Source: Bdellovibrionales bacterium (lineage in GTDB: Bacteria > Bdellovibrionota > UBA1018 > CAIMNF01). From it: a DNA stretch of 41,920 nucleotides. Under the pieces are notes generated by a model. That model saw only the letters and a program-made list of their open reading frames with translations. It ran no database searches and was not told where the DNA came from. This document shows positions 17,050-26,095 of this stretch, piece by piece. Within the stretch, counting starts at the first letter, position 1. Each line of letters opens with the position of its first letter. The DNA lies in the NCBI GenBank assembly GCA_040380025.1, contig JBEIJY010000021.1:1-41920 (forward strand), given 5' to 3'. The position numbers and the translations under genes are program-made.

Positions 17050-18390
17050 ATGACTCCAGGCTTTTCGACCGGTACCTATCCCAACTCTCCGAACCTGAAA
17101 TACAAGGTCCGTGACATCGGCCTTGCCGACTGGGGACGCAAGGAGATCCACCTTGCCGAGGCAGAGATGCCGGGCCTCATGGCAATCCGTGCAGAATTCG
17201 GAAAATCGAAACCACTGAAGGGCTCCCGCATCGCCGGATGCCTGCACATGACCATCCAGACCGCTGTTCTGATCGAGACCCTCGTGGAGCTCGGAGCGGA
17301 AGTGACCTGGTCTTCGTGCAATATCTTCTCGACCCAGGATCACGCGGCCGCGGCGATCGCAGCGGCGGGAATCCCGGTTTACGCCTGGAAAGGCCAGACC
17401 GAAGAAGAGTTCACCTGGTGCATCGATCAGACGGTTTTTTTCGGGGACCAATCCAAGCCCCTCAACATGATTCTGGACGACGGCGGGGACCTGACCGGTC
17501 TTGTGCTCACGAAGTATCCTGAGCTCTACAAAGGCATCCGCGGGATCTCCGAAGAGACCACCACCGGCGTGCACCGTCTTCATGATCTCGAGAAGAAAGG
17601 AAAGCTTCCGGTTCCTTGCATCAACGTGAATGACTCGGTGACCAAGTCGAAGTTCGACAACAAATACGGATGCCGCGAATCGTGCGTGGATGCCATCCGT
17701 CGCGCCACCGATGTGATGATCGCCGGCAAGGTCGCCGTGGTCGCAGGCTTCGGGGATGTGGGCAAAGGCTCGGCGGAATCCCTCCGCGGAGCGGGTGCCC
17801 GCGTGATCGTGACCGAGATCGATCCGATTTGTGCGCTCCAAGCCGCGATGGAAGGCTATGAAGTCAAGAAGATGGACTCCGTTGTCCATCTGGCCGACAT
17901 CATCGTCACCACCACGGGTTGCAAAGGCATCGTGAAAGACCGCCACTTCAAGGCCATGAAAGACAAGGCCATCGTTTGCAACATCGGGCACTTCGACATC
18001 GAGATCGACATGGCCTGGCTGAACAAGAACTACGGCCACACCAAGAACACGATCAAGCCGCAGGTCGACCTGTACACTCTCGAGAACAACAAGCAGATCA
18101 TCGTGCTTGCCGAAGGTCGCCTGGTGAACCTCGGATGCGCCACCGGCCACCCGAGCTTCGTAATGAGCACCTCGTTCACCAACCAGGTTCTGGCCCAGAT
18201 CGAACTCTGGAGCCACACCTCGAAGTATGAAAAGAAGGTGTACATGTTGCCGAAGCACCTGGACGAGAAGGTAGCGCGTCTCCACCTCGACAAAATCGGG
18301 GTCGAGCTCGATGTTCTTGCTTCGGATCAGGCCGAATACCTCGGCATTCCGGTCGCAGGTCCGTACAAGCCGGAATACTACCGCTACTGA
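17050..18390 (+). CDS. ahcY: adenosylhomocysteinase (SAH hydrolase)
   Basis: [54 protein letters not shown]-terminal YRY. Confidence 0.99.
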   Translation: MTPGFSTGTYPNSPNLKYKVRDIGLADWGRKEIHLAEAEMPGLMAIRAEFGKSKPLKGSRIAGCLHMTIQTAVLIETLVELGAEVTWSSCNIFSTQDHAAAAIAAAGIPVYAWKGQTEEEFTWCIDQTVFFGDQSKPLNMILDDGGDLTGLVLTKYPELYKGIRGISEETTTGVHRLHDLEKKGKLPVPCINVNDSVTKSKFDNKYGCRESCVDAIRRATDVMIAGKVAVVAGFGDVGKGSAESLRGAGARVIVTEIDPICALQAAMEGYEVKKMDSVVHLADIIVTTTGCKGIVKDRHFKAMKDKAIVCNIGHFDIEIDMAWLNKNYGHTKNTIKPQVDLYTLENNKQIIVLAEGRLVNLGCATGHPSFVMSTSFTNQVLAQIELWSHTSKYEKKVYMLPKHLDEKVARLHLDKIGVELDVLASDQAEYLGIPVAGPYKPEYYRY

Positions 18391-19280
18391 TGGCGTGGAT
18401 CACGACCAACAAACCGTTTGGCAAGGGGCAGGCCCCGAGCAGATTCCGGCGTCTCGCGCTCGGAAGCTGGGGCCCGCCCAATGATCCCACGATTTACGGG
18501 GTCCTCGAGCTGAACGTCGAGAAAGCACTCCGGCATATCGAGGTTCTTCGTTCGGGCACGAACGAAAAAATCACGATCACCCATTTTTTGGGAAAACTCA
18601 TCGCCGAGGTGCTGAAGCTCCATCCCGAACTGAACTGCGAGATCCGCTTCGGAAAGTTCTACCCCCGAAAAACCATCGATATCTCGTTCCAGGTGGCCAT
18701 CGAGGACGAATCCGCCGATCTTGCGCTCAAGCACCGGCATGATCTTTCGGGTGCGATCGTCCGGAGCGCCGATCAGAAAACGATCGAAGAGATCGCTTCG
18801 GAGCTGAATGCGGCGGCGCGGAAAATCCGCAACCAACGGGATCCGCTTTTTTCGGGCATCAAGCAAATCAGCGGCATGATCCCGGGATTCCTGCAGACCT
18901 TCGCGGTCGGAATCATCAAGTGGATCATCTCGGGGCTCAACCTCTGGAGTCCCGTGCTCGGCATTCCGAAAAACGCATTCGGTTCGATCATGGTCACCAA
19001 TGTGGGATCGCTGGGCCTCGACTTCGCCCTCCCCGCGCTGTTTCCGCCTGCTTCGGTCCCGGCGATTGTGGCCGTGGGGGCCATTTACAAGGCACCCGTG
19101 TACGAAACCGATGATGCGGGAATAGTCCTGCGAACCAGGCTTGAACGGCACATCCGGCTCTGTGGCGCCTTCGATCACCGGTACATCGACGGACTGCACG
19201 CCTCGCGGATCGCCCGCGACATGCGAAGGCTCGCCGATTCGCCCGAGACTCTGGGCAAAACTCCCGAAGGAACTTCCTGA
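18390..19280 (+). CDS. stand-alone 2-oxoacid dehydrogenase E2-type acyltransferase catalytic domain
   Basis: ITITHFLGK, HPELN, VTNVGSLG and the catalytic DHRYIDG motif. There is no lipoyl or E3-binding domain. TGATG overlap with ahcY. Confidence 0.88.
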   Translation: MAWITTNKPFGKGQAPSRFRRLALGSWGPPNDPTIYGVLELNVEKALRHIEVLRSGTNEKITITHFLGKLIAEVLKLHPELNCEIRFGKFYPRKTIDISFQVAIEDESADLALKHRHDLSGAIVRSADQKTIEEIASELNAAARKIRNQRDPLFSGIKQISGMIPGFLQTFAVGIIKWIISGLNLWSPVLGIPKNAFGSIMVTNVGSLGLDFALPALFPPASVPAIVAVGAIYKAPVYETDDAGIVLRTRLERHIRLCGAFDHRYIDGLHASRIARDMRRLADSPETLGKTPEGTS

Positions 19281-19295
19281 ATCGTTCTTCAAGCC

Positions 19296-19565
19296 TCAGC
19301 GAACGGATCGGGGGGCTTCACCCGCCCGTGCTGCGCGCTTCAGGCGCTTTTGAAAGGCGGGACTCTCGATAAACTGCTTTTCGATTTGCTGAAGGCGCGA
19401 GAAATCCTCCTCCAGATCGGGGGCCTTCATTTTTGCCGCCCGGGTCTCTCCGGCAGAAGACACCGATTCCGGAACCGCTCCATGACTGAGTCCGAGCGTG
19501 ACCAGTCCGAGACCCAGTCCCGAAAAAAACCAAAACGAGGAAGGAAGAATTCTTGGCTTTCTCAC
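19296..19565 (-). CDS. small hypothetical membrane-anchored or secreted protein (89 aa)
   Basis: GTG 19565 is followed by a basic N-terminus and a hydrophobic stretch (FWFFSGLGLGLVTLGLS). It fills the gap between the E2 gene and uvrA, and TG-G-TAGGGT lies 7 nt upstream. Confidence 0.5.
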   Translation of the reverse strand: MRKPRILPSSFWFFSGLGLGLVTLGLSHGAVPESVSSAGETRAAKMKAPDLEEDFSRLQQIEKQFIESPAFQKRLKRAARAGEAPRSVR

Positions 19566-19691
19566 GGGGCGTACCCTACCACGGCCGACAAAAAGAATCA
19601 ACCAATGAGAAATCTCATGACTCCCGGGGCTTTTCGCCTGACTTCTTTCTAAAAACCTCGCTAAGATCGTAGCGTTCGAGCAGAGACATCT

Positions 19692-22556
19692 ATGAAGCCC
19701 ATTCTCCCGATCACCTTGAAAGGCGTGCGCCAACACCATCTGAAGAACCTCGATATCGAGATTCCCCAGAAAAAACTCACCGTGATCACCGGGGTGTCGG
19801 GAAGCGGGAAGTCCACCCTCGCCTTCGAGACCCTCTACGCCGAAGGCCAACGGCGATACGTGGAGAGTCTTTCGACTTATACCCGTCAGTTTCTCGAAAA
19901 AATGCCAAAGCCCGAGCTCGACTCGATCGAGAACATTCCTCCGGCGATCGCGCTCGAACAGAGAAACACCGTTTTGAATTCCCGGAGCACCGTGGGAACC
20001 CAGACCGAGCTGATGGATGACTTGCGGCTTTTGTACTCGAAGCTCGGATCGCTTCTTTGCGACCACTGTGGCGCCACCGTGGTCGAAATCACCCCTCGTC
20101 ATCTCGGAGAACACATCCTCGAGCGCGGTGCCAAAAAAAAATTCGCGCTCCTTGCGCCGATCGAGTTTTCATCGGACTCCAAACCTCGATCAACGACCTT
20201 CCTACAGAGCTATCTGAGTCTTCTTGCAGAGCAAGGATTCCGGCGCGTGTACTGGATCAAAAAAAAGATGTGGATTCCGCTCGACGAGCCCATTCCGGCG
20301 GCGGTTCCTCTTTCGGCCCTGACCAATCGCGAGCTCCACCTGCTTTTAGACCGCTTCAATCTGAGCGAAATCCCGGATCCCGCGAAGCTCGATGCCGACA
20401 CTCTGACGCGATACTGGGATTCCCTCGAACAGGCGCTCAAATACGGCCACGAGAAGGTTCTGGTTCTCGACCTCGACTCGATGGAGACCCGGCATTACCA
20501 AACCGGCTTCGCCTGCCTCGAATGCGGAAAGCGCCACACCTCCCCTTCTCCCAATCTATTTTCGTTCAACAGTCCGATCGGCGCGTGCACTCGGTGCAAC
20601 GGCTTCGGATTCAATCTCGATCTCGACGAGAAAAAGATCATTCCCGATCCAAAGACCACCTTGGGTTCAGGATGCATCGATCCGCTCGCCAAGCCCTCCG
20701 CCGAATCGGAATTCAAGGAGTTCTTGAAGTCCGCCCGGAAGCACGGGATCCGCCCCACCGAATCCTACGAGGACCTGACGGACTCGCAGAAAAAATGGGT
20801 GTGGGAACAGATTCGCGCCCATTTTGCGATGCTCGAGGGCTACCGCTACAAATTCCATGTGCGCATTCTCATCCGTCGCTACCAGAGTCCCGTGGAGTGC
20901 GGCTCCTGCAAGGGATCCCGCCTGAGGCCCGAGGCGCTCAAGGTCGAAGTGGGCGGGAAAAACCTTCCGGAATTGCTGTCTCTTCCGGTCGATGCGCTTC
21001 TCGACTGGTTCCGGAGACTCGATTTGAATGAGGGCGCGAAGCAACTTCTGAAAGACCTGCACCCGAGAATCCTGAAGCGTCTGGATTTTTTGTGCCGTGT
21101 GGGCGTGCCGCATCTTACCCTGAACCGTCTGACCCGGACGCTCTCGGGCGGCGAGTTCCAGCGGATCAACCTCGCAACCCAGCTCGGAAACGGGCTTTCG
21201 GGCACGCTCTATGTTCTGGACGAACCCACCATCGGACTCCACCCCGAGGACACCGACCGCTTGCTCTCGATCCTCCGGGACCTCCGGGATCAGGGCAACA
21301 CGCTCGTAGTGGTGGAGCACGAAACGTCCATTCTGAAAGATGCGGACTGGATCGTGGAGCTCGGCCCCGAGGCCGGAAAAAAAGGCGGAAATCTCGTCGT
21401 GCAAGGAACTCCGGCCGCTGTCCGGACCCACCAAGGCTCCCGCACCGCACGTTTCCTCGGTCCCGACGGGGGGAACATCCGCAGAACTCGGCCCTTGCGG
21501 GCGAAAAGTCCGCACCTGCTCACGATCCAAGGATGTGCGGGACATAACCTCAAATCGATCGATGTTTCGTTTCCGCTCGAACGACTGGTGGTCGTCACCG
21601 GAGTGAGCGGTTCGGGAAAAACCACGCTTGTCCATCACACTCTGGCTCCCGCGCTTCTTGCGAGGCTTTCGGGCGATGAGCTCCCCGAATCGGACGAAGA
21701 AGAAGCCGCGGAAATCACGGGCCTTGCGGACTTCAGGGGAATGTCCGGTCACGAACGGATCCGGAAGGTGATTCTTCTGGATCAGAAGCCGATCGGAAAG
21801 AACTCCCGCTCCAATCCGGCGACCTACCTGAAAATCTGGGATGAGATCCGGAAGCTCCTCTCGGTCCAGTCGCTTGCGATCTCGCGCGGCTACACTCCCG
21901 GGTTCTTCTCGTTCAACATCGAGGGCGGACGCTGTCCGGTATGCAAGGGAGAGGGAGAGATCGCAATCGATATGCACTTCATGGCTCAGGTGAAGCTGAA
22001 GTGCGAGGACTGCGATGGAAAGCGATTCACCCGCCCGGTGCGCGAGATCCAATACAAAGGGAAATCCGTTTCCGATCTGCTCGAGATGACCGTCGATGAG
22101 GCCCATGACCTGTTTTTCGAGCATCGGGAAATCCAAAAACGGCTCTCGGTGCTAAAGGAGGTCGGACTCGGATACCTCGCGCTCGGCCAAAGCGGCCCCA
22201 CGCTCTCGGGCGGTGAGGCGCAAAGGCTCAAGATCGCGGGGGCCCTCTGCGACTCCGGCGCCGGGACGGGAGGAGAACTCTTCATCCTGGATGAACCCAC
22301 AACGGGGCTTCATCAGGATGATGTCACGAAGCTCCTGAAGCTCCTGCATGATCTGGCGGACCTTGGAAAAAGCGTGATTCTGATCGAGCACAATCTTGAG
22401 GTGATCCGCAATGCGGATTGGGTGATCGATCTCGGGCCCGGTGGAGGCTCACTCGGTGGCGAACTGGTCGCGCAAGGCACCCCCGAGGACCTCATGCGGC
22501 ATCCCCGCTCCAAAACCGGAAAAGCCTTGAGAGAGGCCGATCCGGGACCTCACTGA
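19692..22556 (+). CDS. uvrA: excinuclease ABC subunit A (UvrA family)
   Basis: Two ABC modules (TGVSGSGKS ... LSGGEFQR ... LDEPTIGLH; TGVSGSGKT ... LSGGEAQR ... LDEPTTGLH), YAEGQRRYVESLS, and six CxxC pairs. Confidence 0.95.
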   Translation: MKPILPITLKGVRQHHLKNLDIEIPQKKLTVITGVSGSGKSTLAFETLYAEGQRRYVESLSTYTRQFLEKMPKPELDSIENIPPAIALEQRNTVLNSRSTVGTQTELMDDLRLLYSKLGSLLCDHCGATVVEITPRHLGEHILERGAKKKFALLAPIEFSSDSKPRSTTFLQSYLSLLAEQGFRRVYWIKKKMWIPLDEPIPAAVPLSALTNRELHLLLDRFNLSEIPDPAKLDADTLTRYWDSLEQALKYGHEKVLVLDLDSMETRHYQTGFACLECGKRHTSPSPNLFSFNSPIGACTRCNGFGFNLDLDEKKIIPDPKTTLGSGCIDPLAKPSAESEFKEFLKSARKHGIRPTESYEDLTDSQKKWVWEQIRAHFAMLEGYRYKFHVRILIRRYQSPVECGSCKGSRLRPEALKVEVGGKNLPELLSLPVDALLDWFRRLDLNEGAKQLLKDLHPRILKRLDFLCRVGVPHLTLNRLTRTLSGGEFQRINLATQLGNGLSGTLYVLDEPTIGLHPEDTDRLLSILRDLRDQGNTLVVVEHETSILKDADWIVELGPEAGKKGGNLVVQGTPAAVRTHQGSRTARFLGPDGGNIRRTRPLRAKSPHLLTIQGCAGHNLKSIDVSFPLERLVVVTGVSGSGKTTLVHHTLAPALLARLSGDELPESDEEEAAEITGLADFRGMSGHERIRKVILLDQKPIGKNSRSNPATYLKIWDEIRKLLSVQSLAISRGYTPGFFSFNIEGGRCPVCKGEGEIAIDMHFMAQVKLKCEDCDGKRFTRPVREIQYKGKSVSDLLEMTVDEAHDLFFEHREIQKRLSVLKEVGLGYLALGQSGPTLSGGEAQRLKIAGALCDSGAGTGGELFILDEPTTGLHQDDVTKLLKLLHDLADLGKSVILIEHNLEVIRNADWVIDLGPGGGSLGGELVAQGTPEDLMRHPRSKTGKALREADPGPH

Positions 22557-23320
22557 GCGAGCCAACCGCCGTCCACCGGCAGTGAAATGCCAGTGACAAA
22601 ACTCGCCCTTTCGGAGGCAAGCCAGTGGACCGCATCGGCAACCTCGGAAGGATTCCCGAGGCGCCCCATGGGCTCGCGACTTTGAAATTCTTTTCGGATC
22701 TTCTCTTCTCCGTGCACGATCCGGTCGATCATCGGAGTCTGGATCACGCCAGGACAGACCGCATTGATCCGGATGTTCGCACGCGCCACCTCGAGTGCGG
22801 CAGACCGGGTGAGTCCGATCACGCCGTGCTTGCTCGCCGTATAGGCAGGAGACTCGGGAAACCCGACATTTCCGGCGATCGAGGAACAATTCACGATCGC
22901 TCCCGCCCCTTGCCGGAGCATGAGCGGAATCTCGTACTTCATGCAGAGCCAGACCCCGCGCAGATTCACGTTCATCACCCGATCCCAGTCTTCCGGGGTG
23001 TAATCAATCGTAGTTGCTTTCACGCCCTCGATTCCGGCGTTATTCACGGCGACATCAAGTCGCCCGCAGCGTTCGACGGTTTCGCGCAAAAGCTCACGGA
23101 CCTCATCCGCCCGCGAAACATCGCATCTCCGGAAGAGTGCTCTGCCTCCGACTGTTTCGACCATACGGGCGGTTTCGATCCCGCGGGCCTCATCGAGGTC
23201 CGCCACCACCACCGTTGATCCGTCCTTGCCGAACGCGAGCGCGCAGGCCCGTCCGATTCCGCTTCCGGCTCCGGTCACCAACACGACTCGATTCATGGTC
23301 ACGGTTTTTCCTGATTCCAT
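22550..23320 (-). CDS. classical SDR-family NAD(P)-dependent oxidoreductase
   Basis: TGAGSGIG, NNAG, catalytic YTASK, VCPGVIQT, VDGG. AGGAGG RBS. Confidence 0.95.
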   Translation of the reverse strand: MESGKTVTMNRVVLVTGAGSGIGRACALAFGKDGSTVVVADLDEARGIETARMVETVGGRALFRRCDVSRADEVRELLRETVERCGRLDVAVNNAGIEGVKATTIDYTPEDWDRVMNVNLRGVWLCMKYEIPLMLRQGAGAIVNCSSIAGNVGFPESPAYTASKHGVIGLTRSAALEVARANIRINAVCPGVIQTPMIDRIVHGEEKIRKEFQSREPMGRLGNPSEVADAVHWLASERASFVTGISLPVDGGWLAQ

Positions 23321-23356
23321 CTTGAGGGCCTCCTGATCTCACGCCATTCGCGCCAG

Positions 23357-23375
23357 ACAAAAGGATACAAAAGGA
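23357..23375. repeat. 9-bp direct repeat ACAAAAGGA x2 with a 10-bp period
   Basis: acaaaagga-t-acaaaagga, 37-55 bp upstream of the SDR start. Confidence 0.6.
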
Positions 23376-23380
23376 ATGCC

Positions 23381-23412
23381 AAATCCCGGGGAACCAGAAT
23401 CGTTCCCCGGGA
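23381..23412 (-). terminator. probable intrinsic terminator or stabilising hairpin after the TPR-wHTH/secreted-protein pair
   Basis: Perfect 11-bp stem TCCCGGGGAAC / GTTCCCCGGGA (23384-23394 with 23402-23412) and a 7-nt loop, 20 bp after the stop at 23433. Only a short TTT tail follows on the minus strand. Confidence 0.6.
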
Positions 23413-23432
23413 AGCAAGCGGGACAATTCGAC

Positions 23433-23912
23433 TCAGTTCCGGAGCATCTGGGGCGGAAGGATCGGGGTGAGCTTCACTCTTCCGGATCCCCCTTCCACAA
23501 TCGACGGACGCTCGTTCTTCCGGACGACCACCGCCAACTGAACCAACTGGCCCTGGAACTGCACGGGGGTCGGGACGGCCTCTTCGAGAGGAAGATACGG
23601 GAACTGCAGCATCCTCTCGGTCTCCAGCCAGGGCTGGCTCTGGAAGTCGACCCGGAAGTAGGTTTTTCCGTCCATTTGCACGATCGTACCGTTCAGAAGA
23701 TACGTTTCGTTCTCGGCAAGCTCGAATTTCGTATTGGCTCTCCGGAGCGGAAACGGCACCCTCTCGCCGTCAATCTTGGAAATCACGCAGGAGGGATTGT
23801 ACAGATTGATCTGCGCCCCCGCAGTCCCCCCGAACCCGGATGCGAATGCAAGCGCGAGTCCCAACGACAGAATCGAGCGTGGTTTCAAGAAAAAAAATAG
23901 AATGTTCTTCAT
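23433..23912 (-). CDS. hypothetical secreted protein (159 aa)
   Basis: ATG 23912 overlaps the upstream TGA and has a GAGGGG RBS. Signal-peptide-like N-terminus ending AGA-Q, with a beta-rich mature part. Confidence 0.75.
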   Translation of the reverse strand: MKNILFFFLKPRSILSLGLALAFASGFGGTAGAQINLYNPSCVISKIDGERVPFPLRRANTKFELAENETYLLNGTIVQMDGKTYFRVDFQSQPWLETERMLQFPYLPLEEAVPTPVQFQGQLVQLAVVVRKNERPSIVEGGSGRVKLTPILPPQMLRN

Positions 23913-25150
23913 TGCCCCTCCCCAGGGATGATGCGGATCCGAAGCTCCGGAGCCAAACGGTATCCCTGTCTCCAATTCTGGATGTACTGGGGATTCCTCT
24001 GGTCGGGCTCCATCAACTTCCGGATCCGATTGATGTTGTAATACAGCTTCCCGTCGTGTTCCTCCGGGTTGTACTTCTCGAGCCAAACCGTCTCGATGAT
24101 TTCGGATTTTTGCAGACCCTGCCGCACGCTTCCGTTGCCCCCGCCATGGGCAAGGGCGAGCCGGTGCACGATCTCCATGAGCACGCGCTGACGACGGAGA
24201 TTGACCTCCCCTTCTCTGGTCCGGATCACCGAACGCTCCAGATCGATCTCGAGATCCACCCGGTTCAGGTTGAGCTTCACCCGTTCCTCGGCGATCCCGA
24301 GACGGAGATTCCTGAGCTCTTCTTGGACCACGGCTTTTTCGAGAAGGTCGAGATAGAATCGCGCCTGGATGAAATCCTGCTCAAGACGCGAAAGCACCGC
24401 GAACCCATAAAGCACATAAAGATAGTGATACCAGTTGTGCTCAGAGACCGACTCGGCGAAGGCCTTCTGGATCCATTGTTTCGCGAGAGCGAGATCTCCC
24501 GCCTTCTCGGCCGTCCGGCAGAGCATGAGATACGTCGAGGAGAGAATTCCCCGGGGACGCTCTCGCGCAGCGCATGCGAGAATCACCTCGCCCAGATAGC
24601 GGGAGCGCTTCAGTTTTCCCTGATTCTGAGCCACAACCGCACAGGCGAGCAGGGCCCGGCACTTGGAATGAAGAAGCTCACGTCGGGTCTCGGGGTCGCG
24701 GAGATCAGCGGAGTTTTCTTCGCGTTCGACCTCCCGCCAGAACCGGTGGAACAGGATCTGCGCCTTCCGGTGGCGGGTATTGCGGAACGCGATGATCCCC
24801 TTGCAATACCAAATCTGCGGTGAGAGCGCGCCGTCACTCTGGGCGACGAAAATCTCGAGCTCATTGACCCATTTTTCGACGCCGGCCTCGTCCCCGATCT
24901 CGCTCGCGTACCGAAGGAGTTGGGCGAGAGCCTCGCTGATGGCGCGAGGATCCCGAAGCTCGCGAGCCCGCTCGTAGGCGAGCGAGAAGTACGCGGCCGC
25001 ATCTTTCAATTCGCATTTTTCGAGCTTCAAACCGCCCCGCCGGAGCAGCTCCTTCGGGAGCAGGGAAGGATCGACCGGCGCACCGGGACCTTCCAGACCG
25101 ATGCCACGGCCGGCGTACTTCGAACCCGAAACTGGATTGCTTGGAAACAC
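23909..25150 (-). CDS. TPR-like helical-repeat protein with a C-terminal OmpR-type winged-helix domain (putative one-component regulator)
   Basis: TPR-like helices, then KSEIIETVW..KYNP..HD.KLYYNINRIRKLMEPD..NPQYIQNWRQGYRL. GTG start with GGAGG. Confidence 0.8.
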   Translation of the reverse strand: MFPSNPVSGSKYAGRGIGLEGPGAPVDPSLLPKELLRRGGLKLEKCELKDAAAYFSLAYERARELRDPRAISEALAQLLRYASEIGDEAGVEKWVNELEIFVAQSDGALSPQIWYCKGIIAFRNTRHRKAQILFHRFWREVEREENSADLRDPETRRELLHSKCRALLACAVVAQNQGKLKRSRYLGEVILACAARERPRGILSSTYLMLCRTAEKAGDLALAKQWIQKAFAESVSEHNWYHYLYVLYGFAVLSRLEQDFIQARFYLDLLEKAVVQEELRNLRLGIAEERVKLNLNRVDLEIDLERSVIRTREGEVNLRRQRVLMEIVHRLALAHGGGNGSVRQGLQKSEIIETVWLEKYNPEEHDGKLYYNINRIRKLMEPDQRNPQYIQNWRQGYRLAPELRIRIIPGEGQ

Positions 25151-25221
25151 GATCCTCCCCCCGAACGATCACCCCTAGGATAACGATGCCTAATTTAGTA
25201 AGATCCTTGACGATAATCAAT

Positions 25222-26088
25222 ATGAACTTGAACTTTTCACGTTGGCACAAGCATTCTGATCCGGGCATCGCTCCTGCCGGTGCCGTGGTTTTTCTTCATG
25301 GCATGGGCGGCACGGGCCAGATCTGGCGGCCCATCGCCGCCGCACTCGAGGAAGAGTGGGATTGCATCGCCCCCGATCAGCGCGGACACGGAGGGAGCCG
25401 GCCGGTTCCCGAGTCCGAGCGGGAACGATTTCACGCCGAGGATTATGCGAAGGATGTCTCAGAACTGCTGGAGAGCCTCGGAATCGCGCACTACTGGATC
25501 GTCGGCCACTCCATGGGGGTTCGCACCGCACTTGCCCTGGCGCGAAGAGAACCCGAAAAAACAGCGGGAATCACGGCCATAGACATCGGCGTGACCTCGG
25601 ACTGGGGCGGAGGCATCGGGATCCCGCTCGCCGACTTCATCCAGACCCTGCCGGAAACCTTTCCCGACCGGACCTCGATGAGATCGCACCTCTTCGCACG
25701 CTGTCCAGACCCCGCGATCGCCCAGTACCTCTCGGCTGTCGCAAGAAACATCGGGAAGAAAACCCCCGAAGAGCCGGAAGCGTGGGTGTTTCCGTTCGAA
25801 CACGCCGCCTTGGTCAAGACGATCCATCAAGCGCACCGGGCGCCCCTCCGCGATTGGCTCCTGGAGTGCCTCGGGCACGGAATCCCGGTGGAGTTTCTTC
25901 GGGGAGCGGACTCCAAGGTCTGGAAAAAAGAGGAGTTCGAGGAGCAAAAATCCACGATCCGACATCCGCTTCTTCAGTTCCACGAATGGGAGGGATGCGG
26001 ACACGGACTACCATTCGAGCAACGGGCGCGATTCACGACGCACTTGCGTTCCGTGTTGCGGAACTCCGTACGCCTTACCGGTCAGTGA
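25222..26088 (+). CDS. alpha/beta fold hydrolase (esterase-like)
   Basis: FLHGMGG, PDQRGHG, nucleophile elbow GHSMG, C-terminal GH. The start is uncertain (25186 or 25222). Confidence 0.9.
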   Translation: MNLNFSRWHKHSDPGIAPAGAVVFLHGMGGTGQIWRPIAAALEEEWDCIAPDQRGHGGSRPVPESERERFHAEDYAKDVSELLESLGIAHYWIVGHSMGVRTALALARREPEKTAGITAIDIGVTSDWGGGIGIPLADFIQTLPETFPDRTSMRSHLFARCPDPAIAQYLSAVARNIGKKTPEEPEAWVFPFEHAALVKTIHQAHRAPLRDWLLECLGHGIPVEFLRGADSKVWKKEEFEEQKSTIRHPLLQFHEWEGCGHGLPFEQRARFTTHLRSVLRNSVRLTGQ

Positions 26089-26095
26089 ACACTGA

